Shown here piece after piece: positions 1-11,936 of a DNA stretch of 64,000 nucleotides (position 1 is its first letter; the number at the start of each line of letters is the position of its first letter). This stretch comes from Thainema sp. GTDB taxonomy: Bacteria > Cyanobacteriota > Cyanobacteriia > Phormidesmidales > Phormidesmidaceae. Location: positions 1-64,000 of the forward strand of contig JBQLZK010000002.1 in the NCBI GenBank assembly GCA_052168235.1. Direction: 5' to 3'. The position numbers and the translations under genes were made by a program. The notes beneath the pieces are model-generated. The model saw only the letters and a program-made list of their open reading frames with translations. It was not told where the DNA came from and did not search any database.

Positions 1-1
1 T

Positions 2-703
2 CTCGTGCCCTTACCTCTCAGCAGTCCGATTGGCTACTGGGTTGAGCAATTACCTGTTTTGAATACAAAAGGTGAGGTGATTGCGATTCACGGCATGACG
101 GATGAGGGGATGGCGAAGTTAGAAGAAGGTTTATCACTAAATGCCTTAGACAAGGATTCCAGCACTGATGATGAGTCTCTATCACCGAGTTTTTTGAATT
201 GGGGAATTAGTACTCAGCTATTTACCAAAGACTTTGATGCATTGCCGACTATTGCTGATGTTGTTGATCAGCGCTTTGCGACAGCCGAACAACTGATCAA
301 GAATGCATACGTCTTCGTTGCTTTAAATATGCCAGAAGTCGCTCTAGCATTACTTGCTGAAGCAGAAACTCTAGATGCAAACAATGCGGAACTTTGGTTT
401 GTAAAAGGGGGAGCTTTAAGCAGCTTAAAACGCTATGACGACGCAATTGTCGCCTACGATCAAGCAACTACGATCAAGCAAGATTATATAGAGGCGTGGA
501 ATGACCGGGGCAATGCCCTGTCCGACTTAAACCGCTATGACGATGCCCTAGCGTCCTATGACAAAGCGGTTGAGATTGACCCGAACTATGCCAAAGCCTG
601 GTCTAACCGGGGCGTTACCTGGTTGACGATTAGACTGTGTCTGAGGCGAATAGTCCTGAACCATGTGTCAATTCACCTAATCGCTGCATACCGCTCACTG
701 TAG
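2..703 (+). CDS. 3' part of a TPR protein with a degenerate trypsin-like segment; 5' end outside the window, 3' end possibly truncated
   Basis: PVLNTKGEVIAIHG resembles the end of a trypsin-2 domain. TPR repeats follow (AWNDRGNALSDLNRYDDALASYDKAVEIDP). The last repeat breaks off after WSNRGVT into non-TPR sequence. Confidence 0.65.
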   Translation, partial: LVPLPLSSPIGYWVEQLPVLNTKGEVIAIHGMTDEGMAKLEEGLSLNALDKDSSTDDESLSPSFLNWGISTQLFTKDFDALPTIADVVDQRFATAEQLIKNAYVFVALNMPEVALALLAEAETLDANNAELWFVKGGALSSLKRYDDAIVAYDQATTIKQDYIEAWNDRGNALSDLNRYDDALASYDKAVEIDPNYAKAWSNRGVTWLTIRLCLRRIVLNHVSIHLIAAYRSL

Positions 704-787
704 CAAATCCACATTCTGCTAAAAGTGCGATCGCACTTTCAGGCTTGAGAGCCGATACTGGCTCTCAACGATTGGTCGTCGAAGGAT

Positions 788-1453
788 TTATTCCAAAGGC
801 TCTAGCGCACCACCCCTGGCGATTGCTCGTTGATAGGCTGGACGCTCTTGATAGCGCCGCATAAACGCCTGAATCTGTGGATAGACAGCTAAATCAATGC
901 GATTACTCGCGGCTTCTAACGGAAAGCTCATCTGAATATCGGCGGCGGAAAAGTCCCCTGCCAACCAGTCTTGGCCCTGTAAACTGGCTTCAACAAAGCC
1001 TAGATGAGTGCTCAGTTGAGGATCGAGAAACTGGGTTTGCACCTTGGCCATAATCTGCTTGGCTACCGGACGCAGGAAAAATGGCATATCTGGACTTTTG
1101 GGAATGCGACTAAACACCAGCTTCATCACCAGCCACGGCATGAGCGAGCCTTCGGCGTAGTGTAGCCAGTAGCGGTAGCGGCGTCGCTGCTCCGGCTCGG
1201 TGGGAAACAATCGGCCTTGACTGTAAGTCTCTATCAGATAGTCAATGATGGCACCGGACTCGGCCACAGTGATATCACCATCGGTTATCACGGGAGACTT
1301 GCCCAGCGGATGCACGGCCTTCAATCGTTCAGGTGCAAGCAGGGTTTTGGGGTCGCGCTCATAGCATTTGAGGTCATAGTCGAGTTCGAGTTCTTCTAGC
1401 AACCAGAGAATGCGCTGGGAACGAGAGTTTTCGAGATGGTGGACAGTAATCAT
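788..1453 (-). CDS. Glutathione S-transferase
   Basis: SRSQRILWLLEEL, HPLGKSPVI and ESGAII motifs of the GST N-domain; helical C-domain. Confidence 0.93.
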   Translation of the reverse strand: MITVHHLENSRSQRILWLLEELELDYDLKCYERDPKTLLAPERLKAVHPLGKSPVITDGDITVAESGAIIDYLIETYSQGRLFPTEPEQRRRYRYWLHYAEGSLMPWLVMKLVFSRIPKSPDMPFFLRPVAKQIMAKVQTQFLDPQLSTHLGFVEASLQGQDWLAGDFSAADIQMSFPLEAASNRIDLAVYPQIQAFMRRYQERPAYQRAIARGGALEPLE

Positions 1454-1664
1454 AAGCCCTCGAATTGTAGGAATTAAGATGACAAACGAATTACGCTACT
1501 TTATTTTCTGAGGTCTAACAGTTGACGCTGACCGACGGATAGCGCCCCGGTATAGGTCGGGTCGATGGAAAGACATGAGCAGCCTTCCAGCGCTCCCTTA
1601 GAAGAGTCGCCGCACAGCACCAGTTTCATCTGAGCGATTTGATCTGCGATCGCACTTAGCGCAT

Positions 1665-3317
1665 CTAGCGCAGACGACCCGATCGCAAAATACTGATGAT
1701 CAACCACAAGCCGAGTAAGCTGGCAGCAGCAAACAGCAAATAGCTGAGCCAGAGGAACTGACTCGCTCCACCTGTTGAAATTGTCGCCGCGCCGATAATC
1801 AAAGCTCCGACGACGATGCTAAAGGAGAGGCGATTGGCGGAATCGTCTAAGCTGCGGCGGAGAGCATCTAGGTTCTTCACCTGCAAGTTCCAGGTCAGCG
1901 TTTCCGTGGATACCCGGTCGAGCAGCGCTTCAACTTGGCGCGGCGATTCCAGTGAGAGATTTTTGACATCAATGGCCGTACGTAACAGCGTTTGCACCGG
2001 ATTATCACCCAACAACTGCCGCCGGAACAGGTCAGTCATCAGCGGACGAATTTCATCCAGCAGATTGACTTCTGGATCAAAAGAGCGGGCTACGCCTTCC
2101 AGATTAGCTAGGGTTTTGGCGTAGAGGCCCATGTTGCCCGGTAGGCGAATTTTGTTGTCACGCGCCACCTGCAAAATTTCGTAGAACACCTCGCTGAAGT
2201 TAATCTCGGCCAGACTGCGATTGTAGTAGCGGCGCAGCAGGCGCGTATAGTCCGCTTCTAAGCGTGACAGATTGACGGGGCGACCGGAGGATTCGGCCAG
2301 CTTGAGCGTCAGTTGAGCACAGCGCTGGGCGTCTAAATCAATAATTGACAGCAGCATTTCGACCAAAATTGACTGCGTACGCGGATCGAGGCGACCGACC
2401 ATACCGCAGTCAATCAGCGCCACGCGACCATCGTTGAGGTAGAAAATGTTGCCAGGGTGCGGATCGGCATGGAAAAAGCCGTCAAGATAGATCTGCTGGA
2501 AAAAGGCCCGAAAAATCAGCCGCGTAATTTCTCGCCGCGACAGGACAACAGTTTGACCATTCCGATTTTCTAATACTTCTGCCATCAGAATCGGCACACC
2601 GTCCAGCCATTCCATCACCATCAGCTTTTCGGTGGTTAATGCCCAATAAATTTTGGGGACAACAATATGCTTGGTGTCAAACCAGCGGCTGTTGGATAAG
2701 TTGCGCCGGAGCTGATCGGCGTAGCTAGCCTCTTGCGTGAAGTCCAGTTCTTTCAGTAGCGCCGAGGTAAACTCTTCTGCCAGCGTAGATGCATCATAAT
2801 CTTGGCCAAACTCGGTTAGTTCAACCAGTTCGGCTAATCCTTTGATGATGGCAATGTCCTGGGCAATGATGCTGTCAATGCCAGGTCGCTGAATTTTGAG
2901 TGCCACTTCTTCGCCAGAGGCCAGGGTGGCGCGGTGCGTTTGGGCAATGGAACCAGCGGCCACCGGATTCGTTTCGATTTTGCTGAAAATCTCGTCTAGT
3001 GGTCGGATATACTGCTGCCGCAGTATCGCTTCAACTTCTGGCCAAGCAACGGGCGGAACATCGGCCTGTAGGGTGCTGAGCGCGTCAATGTAGCTACCCG
3101 GTAAGAGGTCGGGGCGGGTGCTGAGTAGTTGACCCAGCTTGACATAGACTGGCCCCAAGTCAATCAAAATATTGCGTAGGACAGCGGGAGTCGGCAACCG
3201 GGGTTCGTCTGCTTTGCCGCCTGTCAATAACCCCCGCATATAATCCCAGCCGTTGCGAAAGACAACTTCCGCAATTTCGCGTTGTCGTCCACTCGTGCGA
3301 GCGATGCTAGAAAACAC
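1665..3317 (-). CDS. ABC1/AarF/UbiB-family atypical kinase
   Basis: LGPVYVKLGQ (KxGQ), AAGSIAQTH, VALKIQRP, FFHADPHPGN and DCGMVG motifs; two C-terminal TM helices. Confidence 0.95.
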   Translation of the reverse strand: MFSSIARTSGRQREIAEVVFRNGWDYMRGLLTGGKADEPRLPTPAVLRNILIDLGPVYVKLGQLLSTRPDLLPGSYIDALSTLQADVPPVAWPEVEAILRQQYIRPLDEIFSKIETNPVAAGSIAQTHRATLASGEEVALKIQRPGIDSIIAQDIAIIKGLAELVELTEFGQDYDASTLAEEFTSALLKELDFTQEASYADQLRRNLSNSRWFDTKHIVVPKIYWALTTEKLMVMEWLDGVPILMAEVLENRNGQTVVLSRREITRLIFRAFFQQIYLDGFFHADPHPGNIFYLNDGRVALIDCGMVGRLDPRTQSILVEMLLSIIDLDAQRCAQLTLKLAESSGRPVNLSRLEADYTRLLRRYYNRSLAEINFSEVFYEILQVARDNKIRLPGNMGLYAKTLANLEGVARSFDPEVNLLDEIRPLMTDLFRRQLLGDNPVQTLLRTAIDVKNLSLESPRQVEALLDRVSTETLTWNLQVKNLDALRRSLDDSANRLSFSIVVGALIIGAATISTGGASQFLWLSYLLFAAASLLGLWLIISILRSGRLR

Positions 3318-3465
3318 GGGGCCTCCCTTTAGTACAGTATAAGACGAGTCAACTTGCCGTCATATTTAGCTTAAACGGTGGTTTTGCTTTGCGGCAGAAT
3401 TTCTACTTGGGGATAGATTTATTGGGATAGGTGATGGGGTGGATGAGTGAATGGGTGGATGGTTA

Positions 3466-3651
3466 TATCAAGTCTGTGTGTAAGAACCCGATTTATTTTT
3501 TGTGAAACGTTTGCTCCGCAAACGTTTCACAAAAAATAAATTATGGGTTTTCAAATATCTGTTTAGCGTGGCCGTGTGATCCCCCGCTGTCGCCGCCCCC
3601 TTAAAAAGGGGGCTATTCACAGGTTTGCTCAAAGTTCCCCCAGGTTTGATA
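3466..3651. mobile_element. Putative ~186-bp MITE-like element
   Basis: Imperfect TIRs TATCAAGTCTG / CAGGTTTGATA with TA ends. Internal perfect 24-bp stem with 3-nt loop (3491-3541) and a GCCCCCTTAAAAAGGGGGC hairpin. Confidence 0.5.
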
Positions 3652-4566
3652 TTAGAGGCGGTAGAGGACGCGATCGCAAATAAACAGCGTTCCGGCCGCG
3701 ACGCAAATCGGAATCCCAATCAAATTCACAAAGGGAATACTCACTAATCCTAGACAAACTAGGCCAAAGGTTGCACTGGCGGGTAGGTTGCCAAACACAA
3801 TGCCGAGCTTGCGGCGAAACTGGAGCCGTCGTCGTTCTAGAGGAGCATCAAAAAAGTCGAGGCAAACAATTGTGGCACCGAGGGTAATGCCTCCGATAGC
3901 TGCGATCGCAGATCCGGCAACGGGAATCAAGTTACACAGCAGCAGCACTAAACCAACCGTGATCGCTAACCCTAGCTTTTTGATCTCAAACATAATCGCT
4001 CGCCATAGATCCCGGACAATGGCGGTGGGGCTAAAGGGTTCCGGGGTCGGTTCTTTGCCCGTGCGGATTTTCTCTAATTCTTCCGAGAGCTTGCCATACC
4101 AGGGTGAACCGAGAATTACGCCAAACTGAAGCAGCAAGATTCCGGTCAAAATCAACAGCGCAATGCCCAGTAGCACTTGCAGAATCACTTCTAAAACTGG
4201 TAGTACAACGCTCAAAAAGGCCAGCCACTCTGGCAGACGAGTCGCCAGCAGATCGAGCTGATCGATAAATCGAAAGCCTGGTAAAACTAAGCTGACATAG
4301 ATGATTGCACCCAGGAAAATATTGAGCAGAATCGGGAAAATGATGTATTGCAACAGACGTGCGTTTTCCCGTAGTACCTTGATCGCTCGCAGCGGATAGG
4401 TTGCACCACTGAAGAAGCCGCGAATGCCTTTGGAGGGTTTACGGGGAGCCGAACGAGTTGCAGGAGCAATGGAATCCTGTCCATCTGATTTAGAGAACTC
4501 AGATGGTTTGGAGGTTGACGGTACTTCTGGCCGAGTCGGCTCATTGGGCGGTTGGATGTCAGCCAT
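3652..4566 (-). CDS. EI24/CysZ-like membrane protein
   Basis: Multiple TM helices, GSPWYGKLSE and LDFFDAPLERR motifs. ATG 4566 preferred over GTG 4620 (uncertain). Confidence 0.8.
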   Translation of the reverse strand: MADIQPPNEPTRPEVPSTSKPSEFSKSDGQDSIAPATRSAPRKPSKGIRGFFSGATYPLRAIKVLRENARLLQYIIFPILLNIFLGAIIYVSLVLPGFRFIDQLDLLATRLPEWLAFLSVVLPVLEVILQVLLGIALLILTGILLLQFGVILGSPWYGKLSEELEKIRTGKEPTPEPFSPTAIVRDLWRAIMFEIKKLGLAITVGLVLLLCNLIPVAGSAIAAIGGITLGATIVCLDFFDAPLERRRLQFRRKLGIVFGNLPASATFGLVCLGLVSIPFVNLIGIPICVAAGTLFICDRVLYRL

Positions 4567-4758
4567 ATGCGACGGACGTGTGACAGTAAACGGTTGAGTT
4601 GACAAGACCAATCCTGTCACGTCTTTCGCATTTTGAGCAGATGGGATACCCGAATCTGGATCTTACGACTCTATAAAGCTTCTAGTGACATAATGGCTTC
4701 GGCGTTGATAATGCTACGTGACTGGCGAAGTCGATTGGCGAAGCAATAGAGGAATTAA

Positions 4759-5874
<1,116 letters not shown>

Positions 5875-5880
5875 GAACTT

Positions 5881-6732
5881 ATGTCTACCCTCACTCTTCG
5901 CTCCAAAACCCACTGCTTCAACGGCAGCGTCGAATTCTATAGCCACGAATCCACTGCCTGTAACTGCACCATGAACTTCGCCGTTTTCGTGCCCCACCAG
6001 GCTCAAAACGGCCCCGTTCCCGTCCTCTATTACCTCTCTGGCCTCACCTGCACCGAAGAAAACTTCACCACCAAAGCGGGTGCCCAGCGCTACGCCGCCG
6101 AACATGGCATCATGCTGGTCGCACCTGATACCAGCCCCCGTGGTTCAGGTATTCCGGGTGAAGATGATGACTGGGACTTTGGCACTGGAGCCGGATTCTA
6201 TGTCGATGCGACCCAAGCACCTTGGTCGTCCCACTACCGGATGTATAGCTACGTGGTAGACGAGCTGCCAGAGCTAATCGCGGCCAATTTTCCAGTCAAG
6301 CGCGATCGCACTGGCATCTTTGGCCACTCAATGGGTGGTCACGGTGCCTTGATCTGTGCCCTGAAGAATCCCGACAAGTATCAGTCTGTCTCGGCTTTTG
6401 CGCCGATTGCTGCGCCGATGCAGTGTCCCTGGGGACAGAAGGCGTTTTCCAACTATCTCGGTGCTGATCAAACGCAGTGGCGAGCGTACGACGCAACGGA
6501 ACTGGTCAAGGCTGTAGCTCAGCCAATTTCGCCGATTTTGATTGATCAGGGAGGAGCGGATTCCTTTCTAGAGCAGGGGCAGCTTTTGCCGGATGTGTTT
6601 GAACAGGCTTGTCAGAATGCCGGACAACCCCTAACCCTGCGAATGCAACCTGGCTATGACCACAGCTACTACTTCATCGCCACGTTTATGGGGGATCACC
6701 TGCGCCATCATGCGGCAATTTTGTGTCGTTGA
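5881..6732 (+). CDS. fghA: S-formylglutathione hydrolase
   Basis: LSGLTC, GHSMGG nucleophile elbow and GYDHSYYF; starts 6 bp after frmA. Confidence 0.96.
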   Translation: MSTLTLRSKTHCFNGSVEFYSHESTACNCTMNFAVFVPHQAQNGPVPVLYYLSGLTCTEENFTTKAGAQRYAAEHGIMLVAPDTSPRGSGIPGEDDDWDFGTGAGFYVDATQAPWSSHYRMYSYVVDELPELIAANFPVKRDRTGIFGHSMGGHGALICALKNPDKYQSVSAFAPIAAPMQCPWGQKAFSNYLGADQTQWRAYDATELVKAVAQPISPILIDQGGADSFLEQGQLLPDVFEQACQNAGQPLTLRMQPGYDHSYYFIATFMGDHLRHHAAILCR

Positions 6733-6829
6733 GGATAAACCCATGTAGGATATGCGATCGCACGTTTTCATTTCCATACTGGGCATACTCCTGGATGACC
6801 GGATTTAACTATTCAAGAAAATCGCCCCG

Positions 6830-7612
6830 ATGAAACGGAAATCTCGTAAGCAACGCATCTCTCCCCTTAAAGACAAACCCCTCCGTAATCCAGGTCAATC
6901 TTTAGACGAGGAACTTCAGCGCCTATTCGAAGACGACATTTCTCCTTGGATAGCCGCGTTCTTGCTTCCGTTCATCCTGACTGGGTATGAGTGGTGGCGT
7001 TGGGTCAACAATTCACCGCCGCAACCATTGCAGATGCTTATTGCTAGTATCCCTACATCAGGATATGCTCTCTTCCGGCTGCTCCAACTGAGATCGCAGG
7101 TTCAACGGTTGAAGATGGCTCGCGATGGTGAGAAAGCCGTTGGTCAGTATCTGTCAGATTTACGAGAGAAAGGCTATCGTGTATTTCACGATGTTGTCGG
7201 TAAGGGGTTCAACGTTGATCATGTGGTGATTTGTGAACGGGGCATTTTCACTATTGAAACCAAAACCTACAGCAAATCATCGTCAGGCCGATCAACCATT
7301 CACTTTGATGGTGAGACAATCACAGTGAATGGTAAGCACATGGAGCGCAATGCGGTTGAACAAGCCAAATCTCAAGCCTACTGGATTGGCGAAGTTCTGA
7401 AAGAAAGCACAGGCAGAACGTTGCCCGTGAAACCAGTATTGGTATTTCCGGGCTGGTTTGTAGAGTCGGTAAAGCACAAAGGGGAGACCAATCTGTGGGT
7501 ACTCAATCCTAAAGCATTACCTTCATTTATTGAAAACCAGCCCCAACGAATTAGCTCAGAAGATGTCAAACTAGCGGCTTATCACCTATCTCGTTACATT
7601 CGAACCTCTTGA
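6830..7612 (+). CDS. NERD (nuclease-related domain) membrane protein
   Basis: Two N-terminal TM helices, then GEKAV...FHDV...NVDHVVI...FTIETK (PD-(D/E)xK NERD pattern). Confidence 0.85.
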   Translation: MKRKSRKQRISPLKDKPLRNPGQSLDEELQRLFEDDISPWIAAFLLPFILTGYEWWRWVNNSPPQPLQMLIASIPTSGYALFRLLQLRSQVQRLKMARDGEKAVGQYLSDLREKGYRVFHDVVGKGFNVDHVVICERGIFTIETKTYSKSSSGRSTIHFDGETITVNGKHMERNAVEQAKSQAYWIGEVLKESTGRTLPVKPVLVFPGWFVESVKHKGETNLWVLNPKALPSFIENQPQRISSEDVKLAAYHLSRYIRTS

Positions 7613-7694
7613 CCGATCTTTGACAATACTGGCAACCAGTTGATGTGGGCAACCAAACTGCGATCGCACTTCTTTGTAACGTCCTCTACAGTCC

Positions 7695-8570
7695 TTACAA
7701 ATACTTCTTCAACAACAATTCCAATTTAGCCTTCGTCTCCTCTGGAAAAGCCTGTTTCGGTGTGATAATGGCGTACTTCAAAGCCGAATGCGCTTCGGAG
7801 ACAAAAGGATTGGCGTTGAGCTGCCGCACAGTTTCTTGAATCACCTTTTGAGCATTGACGGCATTCTTTTGCAGATTGCCAATCACCATCTCTACTGTGA
7901 CGCTGTCGTGGTCGGGATGCCAGCAGTCGTAATCGGTGACGAGCGCCAACGTAGCGTAGGCAATTTCGGCTTCTCGCGCCAGTTTGGCCTCTGGCAGATT
8001 CGTCATGCCGATGATGGTGGCGTTCCAACTGCGGTAGAGATTTGATTCGGCTTTGGTGGAAAAAGCTGGCCCTTCCATGCAGACATAGGTGCCGCCTTGG
8101 TGAACCGTGCTCTCAGTCAAGTTGAGGCCGCGAGCCGCATCCGCAACAACTTGCGCGAGCTGGTGACAAATTGGATCGGCAAAGCCAATGTGAGCCACAA
8201 TGCCGTCGCCAAAGAAGGTTGAAATGCGGTTCTTGGTGCGGTCAATGAACTGGTCGGGAATGACCATATCCAGAGGCTTTGCGGCTTCCTGAAGTGAACC
8301 GACTGCCGAGGCCGAGATCAAGTACTCCACACCCAGACTCTTCATGGCATAGACATTGGCCCGGAAGGGCAGTTCAGACGGCATCAGGTGGTGATTGCGA
8401 CCATGACGAGCAAGAAACGCAACCGATACGCCATCCAGTTTGCCCACAATCAAGGCATCGGAGGGATCGCCAAAGGGGGTTTCGACTCTGACTTCTTCAA
8501 CGTCTTTGAGCGCTTCCATTTTATAAAGACCGCTGCCGCCGATGATGCCGATTTTTGCCTGTGCTGCCAT
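7695..8570 (-). CDS. mtnP: S-methyl-5'-thioadenosine phosphorylase
   Basis: [33 protein letters not shown] and TDYDCW motifs. Confidence 0.96.
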   Translation of the reverse strand: MAAQAKIGIIGGSGLYKMEALKDVEEVRVETPFGDPSDALIVGKLDGVSVAFLARHGRNHHLMPSELPFRANVYAMKSLGVEYLISASAVGSLQEAAKPLDMVIPDQFIDRTKNRISTFFGDGIVAHIGFADPICHQLAQVVADAARGLNLTESTVHQGGTYVCMEGPAFSTKAESNLYRSWNATIIGMTNLPEAKLAREAEIAYATLALVTDYDCWHPDHDSVTVEMVIGNLQKNAVNAQKVIQETVRQLNANPFVSEAHSALKYAIITPKQAFPEETKAKLELLLKKYL

Positions 8571-8721
8571 AGGGGTTAGAGGTTAAGTGCTAGGGGAAAT
8601 TTGCTTTCGTCATCATACGGTATTGCTGCGGGGGTGGGGCAAGGGGGCTGGAGAGAGTGAGGAGCGGGGGAGAAAGGGATCAGGAGTATAGAAGAGGGCT
8701 GTAGAGGCAGGATCGGTAATT

Positions 8722-8750
8722 GTAGGGGCGAAAGGCTTTTCGCCCTCTAG
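8722..8750. repeat. Degenerate GTAG-type REP palindrome
   Basis: GTAGGGGCGAAAGGCTTTTCGCCCTCTAG, similar to the RAYT-linked REP at 40643. Confidence 0.65.
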
Positions 8751-8854
8751 CGAGGATGTGGAGTCAAAGGCAATGGGCACTGATAGAGCAAAGACCTATC
8801 CGCAGGTTGGACAGGTCTCTGTGACGATATTGAAGTTAAGAGAATTTTGAGTGA

Positions 8855-9154
8855 TTACAGATTGCGCTGGTAGTCTTCGAGTAGTCTGACTAGCTCTTGC
8901 TGATTTTGGGCAGGAATTAAATCAGAGAGGGGAAGTTCACGCTTGCCGCCGACTTTAACGGTCATGGACTGTAAGGCTTGCATCACTGCATCTTCGGTTA
9001 GATTGCCCTGTTCCATCATTGGATAGAAGCGCTCAGCTAGGGGCGTGTGCAGCTTGGCATCACCGAGATAGAGATGCCACTTGGCGATATCCATGTAAAT
9101 GTTTTCACCGATTTCAGCGGCTAAGGATTCAACTGCTTCAGTAGCGTAAGCCAT
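8855..9154 (-). CDS. Conserved cyanobacterial protein (DUF3181-like)
   Basis: LAAEIGENIYMDIAKWHLYL motif recalled from the cyanobacterial DUF3181 family. Confidence 0.75.
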   Translation of the reverse strand: MAYATEAVESLAAEIGENIYMDIAKWHLYLGDAKLHTPLAERFYPMMEQGNLTEDAVMQALQSMTVKVGGKRELPLSDLIPAQNQQELVRLLEDYQRNL

Positions 9155-9187
9155 GCTGATTTTTCCTCCTTATTATTTTTCTTCAGG

Positions 9188-9475
9188 TTACGTAGAACCC
9201 GGCGATGTGTCGTCTGTCGAGGGGACTGTGTTTTTGTTTGAGTAATCTGCGATCGCAAAAATAAAGATCGCATGTCCCAATAGAACAATTGCCCAAACCT
9301 CTGTCACATTTGCAACCCAGCTGACCCAGTTGGGATTGAGGGTATGCAGGAACCAGAGGCCGGAATTCGTGGCCGCAAAGATCGCGACATGCAGCGCAAA
9401 GTTCATGCGGTCATCGAGTTTGCGAAAAGCGGGATCATTTTTGCGATCGGGTTTGCGAGGCCAACGTGGAGGCAT
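9188..9475 (-). CDS. 2TM-domain protein
   Basis: MPPRWPRKPDR...DDRMNFALHVAIF and two TM helices. Confidence 0.75.
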   Translation of the reverse strand: MPPRWPRKPDRKNDPAFRKLDDRMNFALHVAIFAATNSGLWFLHTLNPNWVSWVANVTEVWAIVLLGHAIFIFAIADYSNKNTVPSTDDTSPGST

Positions 9476-9548
9476 AAGGGTTCAGTCCGATTCTGTCTCG
9501 TGAAAGTGCCTTTTCATTGTACGGTGTCGATGCGGCTATCGTAGGAGT

Positions 9549-11435
9549 ATGACGAGACGGAATCCGAAGCGAGACTTGAAGCGAAATATAGATAGAAGTA
9601 GGCCACGCCCCAAACGTCAATTTCAGTCACCGTGGCAAGCCTTTCAATACTCTCTTTCAATTTACAAATACTGTGGCCGAGCGATTCGTCTGGTGTGGGC
9701 GACGGATTGGCGACTGACGCTGGCGCTGGCGCTGTTGACGCTGTTGGGGGGAGTGCTGCCAGCGGCGACGGCCTATGTGGGGAAGCTGATTGTTGATAGT
9801 GTGGTGGCGGCGGCGCAGTCGGATTTGATGCGCGATCGCAACTTAGCCCTACTTTATCTGGGAATAGAAGCAATCTTAGTTGTATTGCTGGCAGGTAGCC
9901 GTCAGGGACAAGGCTTGTGCCAGTCGCTGCTGCGGGTGCTGCTGGGCCAAAAAGTAAACGTGCTGATTCTGGAAAAGGCGCTGACGCTCAGTCTGGAGCA
10001 CTTTGAGGATTCTGAGTTTTACGACAAGATGACCCAGGCGCGGCGGGAGGCATCGAATCGCCCTTTGAGTATGGTGACGCGCACGTTTGGCCTGGTGCAG
10101 GACGTGATTTCGCTGGTGACGTTCAGCGGTCTGTTACTGCAATTTTCCGCTTGGGCGGTGCTGATTCTGATGCTGACGGCGATTCCGCCGTTTGTGGCCG
10201 AGACGAAATTTGCCGGGGAAGCCTTTCGTTTATTCCGCTGGCGATCGCCGGAAACCCGCCAGCAGACTTACCTAGAAGTGCTGATGGCGCGGGAAGACTA
10301 CGCCAAGGAGGTGAAGCTGTTCCAACTAGGGCCAATGCTGCTCCAGCGCTACAAGGACATTTTTCACCGTCTGTACGCCGAGGATCGCAATCTTACCGTT
10401 CGCCGCAATTTCTGGAGCTATGGGCTGAGCCTGCTGAGTACCTTGGCCTTCTACGGAGCCTACGCCTGGATTATTTTAGAAACGATTGCGGGCGCGATTT
10501 CTTTAGGCGATCTGACCATGTATTTGACGGTTTTCCGGCAGGGGCAGACGACGTTTGCTTCTGTCCTAACCCGGATCGGCGGCATCTACGAGGATGGCCT
10601 ATATCTGGCCAATCTGTACGATTTTCTAGAAGAAAAGGTGCCAGAAGATTTAGGCTATGCCCGTTACGGGCCAGCACCGGGCGACGGACTGCGGTTTGAA
10701 CAGGTGTCGTTTACCTATCCGGGCAGCACCAAACCCGCTCTCCAGGGTGTTTCGTTTCATCTGCAACCCGGTGAGAAGCTAGCGCTGGTCGGTGAAAATG
10801 GCTCCGGCAAAACGACGCTGATTAAGCTGCTAACTCGGCTGTATGTACCAACTGGGGGACGCATTCTGCTTGATGGTCGCAATCTGCAAGAGTGGGATCT
10901 GGAGACACTACAGCGGCGAATTGGCGTGATTTTTCAGAACTTTGTGCAGTACCAGTTCAAAGTGGGCGAGAACATTGGCGTCGGTGATGTGGACGAGTTT
11001 GAAAACTGCGATCGCTGGCAAACTGCGGCTCAAAAAGGCACCGCTACACCGTTTATTGAAGCCTTACCGGAGGGCTTTCACACCCAGCTTGGACGCTGGT
11101 TCAAGGGTGGACAAGAGCTATCCGGCGGCCAGTGGCAAAAAATTGCTCTTTCCCGCGCGTTTATGCGAACCGGAGCGGACATCTTGGTGCTGGATGAGCC
11201 GACTTCAGCGATGGATGCTGAGGCGGAGGTGAAGATCTTCGAGCAGTTTCGCCAAGCCACCGAAAATCAAATGGCGATCTTAATTTCGCACCGCTTTTCA
11301 ACCGTGCGGATGGCGGACAAAATTATCGTCCTGTCGTATGGTGAGCTGATTGAGCAGGGCACGCACGAGGAGTTACTTGCGGCTCAGGGACGCTATGCGC
11401 GCTTATTCAATATGCAGGCGGCGGGTTATCAGTAA
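9549..11435 (+). CDS. ABC exporter, fused permease/ATPase
   Basis: TM domain, Walker A GENGSGKT, signature LSGGQWQK, Walker B VLDEPT and SHR switch. Confidence 0.95.
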   Translation: MTRRNPKRDLKRNIDRSRPRPKRQFQSPWQAFQYSLSIYKYCGRAIRLVWATDWRLTLALALLTLLGGVLPAATAYVGKLIVDSVVAAAQSDLMRDRNLALLYLGIEAILVVLLAGSRQGQGLCQSLLRVLLGQKVNVLILEKALTLSLEHFEDSEFYDKMTQARREASNRPLSMVTRTFGLVQDVISLVTFSGLLLQFSAWAVLILMLTAIPPFVAETKFAGEAFRLFRWRSPETRQQTYLEVLMAREDYAKEVKLFQLGPMLLQRYKDIFHRLYAEDRNLTVRRNFWSYGLSLLSTLAFYGAYAWIILETIAGAISLGDLTMYLTVFRQGQTTFASVLTRIGGIYEDGLYLANLYDFLEEKVPEDLGYARYGPAPGDGLRFEQVSFTYPGSTKPALQGVSFHLQPGEKLALVGENGSGKTTLIKLLTRLYVPTGGRILLDGRNLQEWDLETLQRRIGVIFQNFVQYQFKVGENIGVGDVDEFENCDRWQTAAQKGTATPFIEALPEGFHTQLGRWFKGGQELSGGQWQKIALSRAFMRTGADILVLDEPTSAMDAEAEVKIFEQFRQATENQMAILISHRFSTVRMADKIIVLSYGELIEQGTHEELLAAQGRYARLFNMQAAGYQ

Positions 11436-11936
11436 GTATTCAAATTTGAGTATTCAAGTTTTGTACTTGTTCATCCGTATTCCCACGGCGATGTCGATTA
11501 ATTGTCATCAAGATATAACCAAATCTCCTCATAATCTTGGAGGTTAGAACCCATCGAAGAGAGGTATAACTCAAGAGGATTCAATCCTTGGTGCGGGCAA
11601 ATTCATACGGAGTCTAGATATCATTACAGCTTCGCTCAAATTTTCTATTGAGTTCTCTTCTGCAACAAGTTGTGAGTCGGGATGAAAAAACTCGATGAAT
11701 GTTTGTGAAAAGCCTGCCATATTCGCTTTTTACAAACATTATGATGTTTCAAGTCAGACCTGATATACCCATCAAACTCAGAGTCTGAATTCCATGCTTC
11801 ATGACGTTTTACGCTTATCTTACGCTACATGACCACCGCTTTAATCTGACAAGTTTTAACTCTCGCATCACTACAATCGCATCAGAACTATGCTCAGATT
11901 TGGCGGGATCAAAAACCAGCAAATTGAGAGATCTTC

